Shown here: positions 38,213 to 47,968 of the stretch, in pieces
How positions within the stretch are numbered: the first letter of the stretch is position 1
How the letters are laid out: each line of letters opens with the position of its first letter
NCBI GenBank assembly: GCA_037139515.1
Contig: JBAXGH010000006.1
Span: 1-55,089, forward strand
Origin: a bacterium
GTDB lineage: Bacteria > Patescibacteriota > Patescibacteriia > JBAXGH01
Reading direction: 5' to 3'
DNA: 55,089 nucleotides
The notes under the pieces: model-generated
Seen by the model: the letters and a program-made list of their open reading frames with translations, nothing else
The model's database searches: none
Told to the model about the DNA's origin: nothing
Made by a program: the position numbers and the translations under genes

Positions 38213-40435
38213 ATGGAAAAAGTGTTTTCGATGGATTGGAATGGCTCACCGCTCACAATCAAGACCGGCAAGCTCGCCAAACAGGCTTCCGCTTCAGCGC
38301 TTGTGTCGCTCGGCGAAACAATCGTGCTTGCAGCCGTCGTGATGTCGCCGGAAAAGCGCACAGGAATTGATTTCTTCCCGCTCCAGGTCGAGTACGAAGA
38401 AAAGTTATACGCGGCCGGAAAAATCAAAGGCTCGCGTTTCATCAAGCGCGAAGGTCGCCCGACCGATGATGCGACTTTGATTGGTCGTCTTATCGACCGA
38501 TCGGTGCGCCCACTCTTCAACGACGCCATGCGCAACGAAATTCAGCTCATCGTTTCGGTTTTGTCATTCGACGGCGTGCATTCGCCGGACGTTGTCGGCT
38601 TGATTGCCGCTTCGACCGTGCTCCACATGTCCAAAATTCCGTGGGCCGGACCTATCGCCGGTGCCAAAGTCGGTCGCGTCGACGGAGAATGGAAATTGAA
38701 TCCGAGCTACGAAGACCTAACCAAATCTGATTTGGAATTATTCGTCGCCGGAAATTCAGAAAAAGTTTTGATGATTGAAGCCGGCGGAAATGAAGTTCCG
38801 GAAACCGAAGTCTACGAAGCCATCATGTTCGCCAAAAAACATTTCGGCGGCGTTTGTGATTTGATTGAACAGGTGCGCAAGGCCGTGGGTCACGAAAAAG
38901 TAAATCCCCTTCAGCTTGATGACGCCGGACTCGCGCATGAAGAAGAAAAAGATGAGATTCTGGCCCGCGCCAAAAAAGATTTCATCCTCGCCTCGATTGA
39001 AAAGAATTTTTTCAAAGAACCAAAGGCTGATAAAGTCGGACGCCGCGAAGCCAAGGGCCGAATCAAAACCGAATTCAAAGCCTGGCTCAAAGAAAATTCG
39101 ATCGACGAATCTTTCCACGGCGAGCTTCTCTCAAGCGTCGATTGGATTGTCGAAGAGCAGATTGTTGAAAAGATCTTAGCCGAAGATCGTCGCGTTGACG
39201 GTCGCGGATTAGATGAAATTCGCGAGCTCACTTCCGAAGTCGCGCTCTTCAGCCGCAATCACGGCACCGGACTTTTCTCACGCGGTGAAACTCAGGTTTT
39301 GACCGTCGCGACTTTGGGCGCCCCTGGTGACGCTCAGACGCTCGACGGCATGGAAGTAAACGGCGAAAAACGCTTCATGCATCACTACAACTTCCCTCCT
39401 TATTCGGTCGGCGAAGTTAAACCAATGCGAGGTCCGGGACGCCGCGAAATCGGCCACGGAGCTCTCGCTGAAAAAGCTTTGGAACGCATGATTCCGGCCA
39501 AAGAAATCTTCCCATACACGATTCGTTTGGTCTCGGAAGTTCTCGGCTCGAACGGTTCAAGCTCGATGGGCTCAGCCTGTGGTTCGACGCTCGCTCTTAT
39601 GGACGCCGGTGTGCCGATTAAGGCTCCGGTTGCCGGACTTGCCATGGGACTCGCTTCCGTTGCGGGCAAAGACGGTCATATCAGCAAGTACAAAATCATC
39701 ACCGACTTGTCTGATTTGGAAGATGGCACTGGCGGTATGGATTTTAAAGTCGCCGGTACCCGAAAAGGCATGACCGCGATTCAGCTTGATACCAAAACTC
39801 TCGGCCTCTCGGACGAGATCGTCAAAGAAACCTTGACCCGAGCGAACACGGCCCGCATGCGCATTCTGGACGTCATGAAAGCTGTGATTGCCGAACCGCG
39901 CAAGGAACTTTCACCGTTCGCCCCAAGAATTATCACGCTCAAAATCAATCCGGAACTTATTCGCATCGTGATCGGACCGGGCGGCAAACAGATCAACGAA
40001 ATCATTGCTGCGACCGGAGTTTCGATTGATATCGAAGACGACGGCACGGTCTTTATCACTGGCACGAATGCCGAGATGAGCGCCAAGGCCGTTGATTGGG
40101 TGAATAGCTTGACGCGCGAGGTAAAAGTCGGCGAAACTTTCCGCGGCAAGGTTACGCGCATCATGGATTTTGGAGCGTTTGTCGAAGTCGCGCCAAAGAA
40201 CGACGGCCTAGTTCACATTTCCGAACTCGCGCCGTTCCGCGTTGGAAAAGTTACCGATGTCGTGAATATTGGCGACGTGATTCCGGTAAAAGTTATCGAA
40301 ATCGACGAGCTTGGACGCATCAATCTTTCCTACAAACAGGCGGCCGGAAACAAGTTTGAAAACATGGATCCGTCGCAGTACCCGAAGTCAGAAATGCCGC
40401 CACGCACGGGCGGTAAACCATTCCAAAAGAACTAA
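38213..40435 (+). CDS. pnp: Polyribonucleotide nucleotidyltransferase
   Basis: DFFPL, RREIGHG, SNGSSSM, MDFKVAG, KH and S1 domains. Confidence 0.98.
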   Translation: MEKVFSMDWNGSPLTIKTGKLAKQASASALVSLGETIVLAAVVMSPEKRTGIDFFPLQVEYEEKLYAAGKIKGSRFIKREGRPTDDATLIGRLIDRSVRPLFNDAMRNEIQLIVSVLSFDGVHSPDVVGLIAASTVLHMSKIPWAGPIAGAKVGRVDGEWKLNPSYEDLTKSDLELFVAGNSEKVLMIEAGGNEVPETEVYEAIMFAKKHFGGVCDLIEQVRKAVGHEKVNPLQLDDAGLAHEEEKDEILARAKKDFILASIEKNFFKEPKADKVGRREAKGRIKTEFKAWLKENSIDESFHGELLSSVDWIVEEQIVEKILAEDRRVDGRGLDEIRELTSEVALFSRNHGTGLFSRGETQVLTVATLGAPGDAQTLDGMEVNGEKRFMHHYNFPPYSVGEVKPMRGPGRREIGHGALAEKALERMIPAKEIFPYTIRLVSEVLGSNGSSSMGSACGSTLALMDAGVPIKAPVAGLAMGLASVAGKDGHISKYKIITDLSDLEDGTGGMDFKVAGTRKGMTAIQLDTKTLGLSDEIVKETLTRANTARMRILDVMKAVIAEPRKELSPFAPRIITLKINPELIRIVIGPGGKQINEIIAATGVSIDIEDDGTVFITGTNAEMSAKAVDWVNSLTREVKVGETFRGKVTRIMDFGAFVEVAPKNDGLVHISELAPFRVGKVTDVVNIGDVIPVKVIEIDELGRINLSYKQAAGNKFENMDPSQYPKSEMPPRTGGKPFQKN

Positions 40436-40437
40436 AA

Positions 40438-41406
40438 ATGGACTCAAGCTTCAACAAGCCACAAAATCTTTCACGCGCCGAGCTACTCTGGCTCGGCGTC
40501 GTGGTTGTTTTGTTGTTTGTTGGGATTTTTGGTTCATTCGAACCTGATAAGTTTCGAAAATTTTCACCAAAAGACACAGTTCTTTACGTCTCTTCAAAAG
40601 ATAATGGCCTGCGTTCGGCGAGAGCCTATCTTGCTGATGGCAGCACTTCTGATTTATCAAATGGAAACGGTATCTCGATTCAAAAAACGGGTGAGATTTC
40701 GGATATTTTCGTAGATCCTTTCCCGAACGCAACGCCTTGGCAGAATTTGCGCATGCGATTCTCATCGGCCTACGGAATATTTTTGAACAACAACCGAACG
40801 GATCTGCTTTTTGGTTCCAGAGAAAACAAACTCACCTACTTGCGCGGCTCAAAATCAGAAAACCTTCAAAGCACCGACTCCTCACATCTCCCGGCCTCGC
40901 TCACCATCTGGAGCACCAAAAATGAGCCCATCGCTATCATGAAAGCTACGGACCGTGAAATTACAGCTGAAGCCGAAGGCCGCTATGGCCTTTCAACCTC
41001 ACCAAACGTGATTATCAAAACAAACATTCCGAACGCTGAAGATTTTTTAAAGCTACTTACCGGCTTTGATGATCCAAAAAAGATTTCTCTGCCTTTGAGC
41101 GACGGTACCCCGGCCACCGAAATCATCGCGAAAACTGATGATTTGATAATCAACGAGATCAATTCTATTTTCGGAAAAATAATTTTAACTAAGTCGGAAA
41201 AATTGGTGCCAGCTATCTTGCCGCTCTCAGATTCTTCTAAAGATGGAATCCCTACACTAATTTTTAGCTCAAGCGCTTTCATTGAAGAGCGCTCCAGTTG
41301 GAATGAAGCTTCTTGCCCTATCACTTCGCTCACAAGTTTTAATCTGAACCCGTTTTTTGCACTCGGAAAAGACCAAAAAAATAGAATCACCTTCTGCACC
41401 AAGTAA
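40438..41406 (+). CDS. Membrane-anchored hypothetical protein
   Basis: N-terminal TM helix; coupled to pnp. Confidence 0.7.
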   Translation: MDSSFNKPQNLSRAELLWLGVVVVLLFVGIFGSFEPDKFRKFSPKDTVLYVSSKDNGLRSARAYLADGSTSDLSNGNGISIQKTGEISDIFVDPFPNATPWQNLRMRFSSAYGIFLNNNRTDLLFGSRENKLTYLRGSKSENLQSTDSSHLPASLTIWSTKNEPIAIMKATDREITAEAEGRYGLSTSPNVIIKTNIPNAEDFLKLLTGFDDPKKISLPLSDGTPATEIIAKTDDLIINEINSIFGKIILTKSEKLVPAILPLSDSSKDGIPTLIFSSSAFIEERSSWNEASCPITSLTSFNLNPFFALGKDQKNRITFCTK

Positions 41407-41434
41407 CTTTGGCTAAAGACAGCGTTTTTGTTCT

Positions 41435-41472
41435 TGTGGATAACTTGTGTGGAAAGCACCATGTTATCCACA
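41435..41472. promoter_or_regulatory. DnaA box cluster
   Basis: TGTGGATAA 41435-41443, TGTGGAAAG 41448-41456, TTATCCACA 41464-41472. Confidence 0.75.
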
Positions 41473-41551
41473 GAGGCTATCCCAATAAGAATTCAATATT
41501 TTTTTAATCGGAGTTCTCAAGAATATGCTGATTTTGTGCTATACTTGTCTC

Positions 41552-42129
41552 AGTACCTTACTTAACTTCGCTAGTTGAATCGGAAGATGCTAATCAAGCA
41601 CCAAAAACCCCGACAACGAGCGACAAAAAGTCTCTTTGCTATTCTTTTTGGAATCGTAAAATAAAAAGAAAAGCAAAAACAAAATAAAAAAGTCAGCCGA
41701 ATCATCTTTAGGCTCTTCCCTTCATATGTGGTCTGCGTGACTGCATCGGGATAGCCGAAGAACGGCAGAGAGACTCGCATAGTACTTTTCAAACGGTACG
41801 GATAACCGAAAGTACATAAGAAGCTGCGTCTTGCGTCCAAAGCAAACCAGCGCCTCAGGCAACTGCCCTTTGGCAGCCGGAGAATTTTTTTAGGGTGGAA
41901 AAACGCCCCAAACACAAAACTCTGAGGTCAAACGATGTTTGCAGACACCCCGATGTCATCAGTCGGAGAATCTCACTTCTGCGCAAACACCGGATGAACT
42001 CAAAGAGAAAGGCGTGTAAGCATGGAATATAAAACCATCCAACAAGCGAAATGTACTTGCATAATCCGCGAATAGGTCGCGCCACCCAATAAATCATATT
42101 TACGGGGCTGTGCGCGTCCTATTTTATTT
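41552..42129 (+). ncRNA. Candidate structured ncRNA (~575 nt)
   Basis: Extended -10 TGCTATACT at 41537-41545, nested stems, 3' hairpin with U-rich tail, no credible ORF. Confidence 0.5.
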
Positions 42130-42217
42130 GCCAAAAGCTTTTAAAAGGGTTACCATCGGTCGAAATACCGGAGACTTTAAATCTCCTTTGAAAACTACTC
42201 TCTCAAACACAATTCCT

Positions 42218-42601
42218 ATGTATAAGACATATGGCAAGGAGTTTATCGAGAAAATGAGACTAGCTCTTATCGACGAAGAGACTAAGCTCGAACGTGAGCT
42301 TTCCGAAATCGGAACAGTTGATCCAAATGACCCTGGATCATTCACGCCGAACGTACCGGAACCATCTAGCGGCGAAGAAGAAAGTGCTTCCGAAGCCACG
42401 GTTCTCGGCGACACGATGGCGGTTGCGGAAGAGCTCAAGAGCGCACTCAAAGATGTAGTTGGTGCATTAAAACGCATCGAAAAAGGAACCTACGGCAACT
42501 GCAAATACTGCAAGGAAAAGATAGACGACAAGCGCCTACTCGCAAGACCATCAAGCTCAAGCTGCATTAAATGCAAGAAGTCTTTCATGAACGAAGTTTA
42601 A
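42218..42601 (+). CDS. TraR/DksA C4-type zinc finger protein
   Basis: ALKRIEKGTYGNCKYC...RLLARP...CIKC. Confidence 0.9.
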   Translation: MYKTYGKEFIEKMRLALIDEETKLERELSEIGTVDPNDPGSFTPNVPEPSSGEEESASEATVLGDTMAVAEELKSALKDVVGALKRIEKGTYGNCKYCKEKIDDKRLLARPSSSSCIKCKKSFMNEV

Positions 42602-42613
42602 ACTTGTGACCTT

Positions 42614-43036
42614 GTGATCGCGACACTATTTTTTCTAGTCGACCAAATTATCAAGTTCCTGATTCGGGGGCGACTCGCAAATGGCGAGTCGCTTCTCGGT
42701 TCCGGAAGTTTTCAAATTGCCCATTTCGAAAATTTTTACGGACCTTTCAGCCTGCCATTTCCGATGTGGTCGGTTACCGCCCTGCATGTTTTAGTTTTAT
42801 CAGTCGCGCTCGCCTACTATTTTTTCCAAAAAAAATACCGCCACGGATTAATTTGGATTATCGGCGGCGGCACATCTAATTTAATCGATCGCCTTTACTT
42901 TGGTAGCACTACTGACTATATCTCCTTCCCCTGGAACGGCTTCTGGAACCTGGCTGACTTCATGGTAGTGATTGGAATCGCCCTGATTCTATTCACTAAA
43001 GAGAATTCTCCACAGCCGACGCTTGAAAAAAATTAG
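42614..43036 (+). CDS. lspA: Lipoprotein signal peptidase II
   Basis: DQIIK, NYG, SNLIDR, DYI, NLAD. Confidence 0.88.
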   Translation: MIATLFFLVDQIIKFLIRGRLANGESLLGSGSFQIAHFENFYGPFSLPFPMWSVTALHVLVLSVALAYYFFQKKYRHGLIWIIGGGTSNLIDRLYFGSTTDYISFPWNGFWNLADFMVVIGIALILFTKENSPQPTLEKN

Positions 43037-43067
43037 TAGGCATGAACATGATGGTTGGTGGTAATTT

Positions 43068-44570
43068 ATGCCTGCCAAGACAAGGAGTGGTTCGCTTTCG
43101 GGACTTGATTTTACTGTTGTCGATGTTGAAGTTGATATTCAAAATGGTTTGCCGAAGTTTATAATTGTTGGTTTGCCCGACACCTCGGTTCAGGAAGCTC
43201 GCGACCGAGTCACCTCAGCTCTAAAAAACAGCGGTTACGGCTTTCCACGAACTCACATCGTGGCAAATCTGGCACCCGCTGATGTTCGCAAAGAAGGTCC
43301 GTGTTTTGATGTGCCAATTGCCCTCGGCTTACTCGCCGCTGATGGTATTTTTCCGACGGAAAAAATTCAGGAGATGATGTTCTTTGGCGAACTCGCGCTC
43401 GACGGAGCTCTTCGTCCAATCACCGGATTGCTTCCGCTGCTTCTTGGCGCCCGAAAGTTAGGTCAAAAAATTGCCGTTGTGCCGGAAGCGAATGCTCTTG
43501 AAGCCGGGCTTGTACCCGACATGATTATTCTCCGCGCCAATCATTTGCGCGATATCGTCGCTCACATTCAGGGCACAGCTAAACTCACACCGGTTGAACC
43601 AGCCAAACTTAGCTCCGAAGAAGCTATCTATGAAGTAGATTTAGCTGATATTTGCGGACAAAATCACGCCAAAAGAGCTCTTGAAATAGCAGCGGCCGGC
43701 GGGCACAACCTGCTCTTTTCGGGTCCCCCGGGATCCGGAAAAACCCTTCTTGCCCGCGCCTTACCGTCGCTCTTGCCGCCGCTCACCCAAGAAGAGCTAC
43801 TTGAAGTCATGACTCTGCAGAGCCTAAATGGCAGCACAGCCTCTCTGACGCCCCAAAGACCATTCCGTTCGCCCCATCACACAACTTCAGGCATAGCGCT
43901 CATCGGAGGCGGCACGAGGCCTAAGCCAGGCGAAGTCACCCTTGCCCACCGCGGCGTACTCTTCCTCGATGAATTCCCGGAATTTCGCCGTGATGCGCTT
44001 GAAAATCTTCGCCAACCGCTTGAAGACGGCGTCGTTTCTATCTCCCGAGTCAGCGGGACCATTAAATATCCGGCGCGATTTCAGCTCATCGCCGCCATGA
44101 ACCCGTGTCCTTGTGGTTTTTTCGGCGACGGCTCAAATAAGTGCAGCTGCACTAGTCAAAAATTAATCTCATATTCAAAAAAAATTTCTGGCCCGATGAA
44201 AGACCGTATCGACTTGCACGTCGTAGTACCAAGGCTTCCAACCAATGAAGTTTTGCGCGCAAAGCCCCAAGAATCTTCTCACCTTGTTCGCGAGAGAGTT
44301 TGCGCGGCCAGAAAAAAGCAGGCGATGCGATATCAAAACTCTTCGTTTCATTGTAATCAGGAACTGAGCGGAAAATTAATCAGAAAATTTTGCGTGCTAA
44401 AAGCTGATGCGGAAAAACTTCTTGAAACCGCGCTCGAAAAACTTCAATTATCGGCGCGAGCCACGAGTCGCGTTTTAAAAGTTTCGCGCACTTTGGCCGA
44501 TCTTGCGGGCCGCGAAAATATAGAAGCCTCGGACATTGCCGAGGCTCTCCAGTTTCGTGAAAATAGTTAG
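43068..44570 (+). CDS. comM: YifB/ComM Mg-chelatase-like AAA+ ATPase
   Basis: IVGLPD, GPPGSGKT, PFRSPHH, LFLDEFPEF, AAMNPCPCG. Confidence 0.93.
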   Translation: MPAKTRSGSLSGLDFTVVDVEVDIQNGLPKFIIVGLPDTSVQEARDRVTSALKNSGYGFPRTHIVANLAPADVRKEGPCFDVPIALGLLAADGIFPTEKIQEMMFFGELALDGALRPITGLLPLLLGARKLGQKIAVVPEANALEAGLVPDMIILRANHLRDIVAHIQGTAKLTPVEPAKLSSEEAIYEVDLADICGQNHAKRALEIAAAGGHNLLFSGPPGSGKTLLARALPSLLPPLTQEELLEVMTLQSLNGSTASLTPQRPFRSPHHTTSGIALIGGGTRPKPGEVTLAHRGVLFLDEFPEFRRDALENLRQPLEDGVVSISRVSGTIKYPARFQLIAAMNPCPCGFFGDGSNKCSCTSQKLISYSKKISGPMKDRIDLHVVVPRLPTNEVLRAKPQESSHLVRERVCAARKKQAMRYQNSSFHCNQELSGKLIRKFCVLKADAEKLLETALEKLQLSARATSRVLKVSRTLADLAGRENIEASDIAEALQFRENS

Positions 44571-44574
44571 CTGA

Positions 44575-45762
44575 TTATTTTTTCGAAGTATCGTAAACCT
44601 CCTGAAACTCAACTTTTCCGGCATTGATTTTTACAATACTAAACTTCGCCAAATAATCACCGTTCGCATCAAAAGTTACATCACCAGCAACGCCCGGCCA
44701 GCGCTTTTGTGCGAGCAACCATGACTTTATCTTATCCGGATCTGATCCATTCTTTTCGATCGCGTTCTTCGCAAGATAAACAGCGTCGTACATATTCGCC
44801 ATGAAATATGGGAATTTTGGATCTTCAGCATACTGTTGCTTATACGAGGCTAGAAACTTTTGAGCGCGCTCGGTACCGTTATCAAAATAACTTTGAACTC
44901 CAATGACGCCTTCAAAGATTTCCGGATCAGCTGTAACGAGCGCGCCGTCAAGCAAGACCTCATCAACGATAATCGGAATCGTATTCTTTGCTGTTTTTAG
45001 TTTTTCGAGCTGCTGCAAACCTTGAGTCGGAGAATCCGGCAAAAGATAAATCACATCCGGATTGGCTTTTAAGGCCTCTGTAATAAAAGCCGCCGAGCCC
45101 CTGGCCCCGGTATTATATTTTTGGTCGTAAACCACTTCCCCATGAAGACCCTTAAAACTGTTGATAAAACTCGTGGCTATTCCGGTGATATACGAAGTAT
45201 TTTCTCTTACGATTGCGACTTTTTTGTATCCCAAGTTCGTAAAAGCATAATTTGCCGCGACCGATCCGACCAAGGTATCGCTCTGCGTCAGTCGGAAAAC
45301 ATACTGACCGGAACTTGTGATTTCTGCCGCCGTTGAAGCCGGAGAAATCAGAACGACTTTTCCGGCTTCGGTAATTGGTGCCGCAGCCAGGGTTTCATTT
45401 GAACAAACACCTCCAAAAATAAATTGCACCTTAGCCTTGGTTACCAATTTCTCGGCTGCTGCTTTGGCAGCGGCCGGCAAACATTTTCCATCTTCCCAAA
45501 AAATCTGAATCTGCTCACCAAAAAGCCCTCCTTTTTTATTGATTTCATCAACCGCGAGCTGAGCTGCTCGCTGAAGCGGAACTCCGTATGCCGATCTGGT
45601 ACCAGTAAGAGGCACGATTCCTCCAAAGCGGACCGCTTCGTGAATCTGCGGGGCTACGACAACATTGGTTTTCGTTTTATAAACAAATAATCCACCGCCA
45701 AAAATAGCTACGATGACAAAAAAAGCTAAAATTAGATTTTGCTTGTTATTTTTCCATCTCAT
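44575..45762 (-). CDS. Branched-chain amino acid ABC-type substrate-binding protein (LivJ/K-like)
   Basis: PLTG...AVDEIN..GG...ED; YVFRL; GDVTFDANGD; no permease adjacent. Confidence 0.88.
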   Translation of the reverse strand: MRWKNNKQNLILAFFVIVAIFGGGLFVYKTKTNVVVAPQIHEAVRFGGIVPLTGTRSAYGVPLQRAAQLAVDEINKKGGLFGEQIQIFWEDGKCLPAAAKAAAEKLVTKAKVQFIFGGVCSNETLAAAPITEAGKVVLISPASTAAEITSSGQYVFRLTQSDTLVGSVAANYAFTNLGYKKVAIVRENTSYITGIATSFINSFKGLHGEVVYDQKYNTGARGSAAFITEALKANPDVIYLLPDSPTQGLQQLEKLKTAKNTIPIIVDEVLLDGALVTADPEIFEGVIGVQSYFDNGTERAQKFLASYKQQYAEDPKFPYFMANMYDAVYLAKNAIEKNGSDPDKIKSWLLAQKRWPGVAGDVTFDANGDYLAKFSIVKINAGKVEFQEVYDTSKK

Positions 45763-45825
45763 ATTAATATTACCCTAGCACAAAAAAATCGCTATGTGAA
45801 GCGACATTTTGTTTTTTAACTTTTT

Positions 45826-46554
45826 CTACATCTCTTCCTCTTGTTCGTTTTCTCTAACCGAGACACTAAGTTCCTTAGCCCCATCTTTCGCATCTTCATC
45901 AGTTAACTTTTCTATCCGAGTTTCAATCATGGTTAAGACAGCTTCTGACTCTTCCAAATAATCTTTGAAATCCGCCTTGCTAAAATTTCTCTCTTTAAAC
46001 TCCGGAACTCCATTTTTCATCTTTGTAAATACCGGCACGGAAACACTTCCATCCTGTTCGACATTAAAATGGAATTCATGCCCATGCAATTTCATAGTCA
46101 TCTTCCAAACCCCTCGATCATTCTCCCAGTCGGCAGAATAGTTCGAATCAGGAATTTCGAGATCTGCGAATTTTTGAAAAGACGACAATGACCCTTCTAT
46201 GCCAAAAGGTTCTTCAACCTTTTCTTTCTTAGCAGTTGCCCTTAATTCAGCTACGCGTGCTAATTTTCCGGCTGTCTTCACAAAATTTTCAACCTTCCCC
46301 TCGACGCTCGTGGATTTTTTCGCCTTCGCGTCTTCACTTTCAAAACTTTCTCTTAGCTCACTATTCGAACCTGTTTTTTTCATCGAAACCGAAGGTTGCT
46401 CGGGTTCACCTTCATCAAGCGACACAGCCGTCATGCCAATTGTCGCACCAACCGAAAGACCGCAGAGCAAGCGACTCAGTCGTTTTAATCGACTAATCTT
46501 TTCTTTATTGCTCGGCGGTCTCTGTTCAAACTTAGACTCTCGTTCCATAATCAT
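45826..46554 (-). CDS. Hypothetical protein
   Basis: 242 aa ORF downstream of dnaN. Confidence 0.7.
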   Translation of the reverse strand: MIMERESKFEQRPPSNKEKISRLKRLSRLLCGLSVGATIGMTAVSLDEGEPEQPSVSMKKTGSNSELRESFESEDAKAKKSTSVEGKVENFVKTAGKLARVAELRATAKKEKVEEPFGIEGSLSSFQKFADLEIPDSNYSADWENDRGVWKMTMKLHGHEFHFNVEQDGSVSVPVFTKMKNGVPEFKERNFSKADFKDYLEESEAVLTMIETRIEKLTDEDAKDGAKELSVSVRENEQEEEM

Positions 46555-46574
46555 GGAACTATATCATTTTTCTC

Positions 46575-47690
46575 CTACTGTCTGATAGGCATCACGATAT
46601 ACAAATGTCCGGTCTCACCTTCCGGCGCAACCACCATTGGATTTCCACCGTCAATAATTTTCAATCTAACTTTATCACCAGAAACACTCTGAATACCGTC
46701 CAAAAGATAGCGATGATTCACAGTAAGCGTATTCAAATCACCTTGAACTTCGGCTTCCAAAGTCACCGAGTTTTCCCCAGTCTGTTGATCATTTGAGGAT
46801 AAAGTTATTGAGTTTTGGCCGACCGAAAGCGTCACATCACAAAGTCCGGAACGCGAGAAAAGCGAAGCGTTTTTAATCGCCGGCAAAAGCAATTCTTTAG
46901 AAATTACAACTTCTGTGCGGGTAACCGTTGGGATAATCACTTTATACTCAGGATAATTTCCCTCGATGGCGCGCGAAACCAATTCGGTGCCGCCAATTCT
47001 GACAACAATCTGATTATCCGAGAGTCCAATCGAAACCTTCGAACCCGCTTCCAAATCTTCACGCATAATTCCAAGAATGCGGAAAACTTCGGCCGCAGTT
47101 CTGGAAGGCATAATACATTTCACTTCTTCCGCGGCTGGTTCGAGCAAAGGAATTACCTTTTCAGCGAGCCTAAAACTATCCGTCGCGGCAAAAGTTAAAG
47201 TCGATCCGGAAAAGAGAAAATAAATTCCGCACAATTCCGGGCGCGATTCATGGGACGCAACTGCAAACAATGTTTGCGCTAAAGCCCCACGAAGATCATC
47301 AACCTCAACATGGAACTCATGCTTTAATTCAACCGATGGTACGAGTGGAAATTCCGTCGCCGGTACGCCACGAATTTTCGTACTATAAGTTCCGCATCGA
47401 ATTTCAAGTGATTGCCCAGTAAGACTCAAGTCTACACGCTCAGTAGGAAGCAACGTCGTATAGTCGGAAAAGAGTTTTCCGGGAATCGTGAATTCCCCCG
47501 GCTCATCAACCTTTCCTCGAATAGTTGCCGTGATCGCGATTTCCAAGTTAGTCGCTGAAAGCACGAAAACTTTTTCCTGAGCTCTAATTAGGATGTTATG
47601 AAGAATCGGTAAGTTCACGTTTTTAGTTGGAAGATGACAAACGAGTGAAAGTCCCTGATGAAGATTTTCTTGAGTGCAAGACAGCCGCAT
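46575..47690 (-). CDS. dnaN: DNA polymerase III beta clamp
   Basis: ATNLE, ATDSFRL, IEGNYPEY, YIVMPIR. Confidence 0.97.
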   Translation of the reverse strand: MRLSCTQENLHQGLSLVCHLPTKNVNLPILHNILIRAQEKVFVLSATNLEIAITATIRGKVDEPGEFTIPGKLFSDYTTLLPTERVDLSLTGQSLEIRCGTYSTKIRGVPATEFPLVPSVELKHEFHVEVDDLRGALAQTLFAVASHESRPELCGIYFLFSGSTLTFAATDSFRLAEKVIPLLEPAAEEVKCIMPSRTAAEVFRILGIMREDLEAGSKVSIGLSDNQIVVRIGGTELVSRAIEGNYPEYKVIIPTVTRTEVVISKELLLPAIKNASLFSRSGLCDVTLSVGQNSITLSSNDQQTGENSVTLEAEVQGDLNTLTVNHRYLLDGIQSVSGDKVRLKIIDGGNPMVVAPEGETGHLYIVMPIRQ

Positions 47691-47705
47691 AATTCAGATC
47701 GTCCC

Positions 47706-47968
47706 TATTATTAAATTTGAAATTCTAGTCCAATAGTAGCAGTAGGGCCTGTGCATGAAGTGGATAAGCTGGTTTCGATCTTACTTTAATTGATCCGAAA
47801 TGTCTTCAGGTCCTGTGTGTGAAAGAGACTAAAGATGTGTACAGGTTGTGGGCGCCCATGACCTGTGGAAAAGAGCACTTTTTATCCACATGCTTTTAAG
47901 CATATGTGGACACATTTTATCCCTCTGTGTGCCTCTTGTTGAAAGAGCTCTGGATAGCCTGTGGCTAA
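47706..47968. other. Chromosomal replication origin (oriC) with DnaA boxes and DnaA-trios
   Basis: AT-rich tract, TAGTAGCAGTAG-GGCC, then tandem boxes TGTGCATGA/AGTGGATAA; TGTGGAAAA at 47864 and TTATCCACA at 47882; between dnaA and dnaN. Confidence 0.85.
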
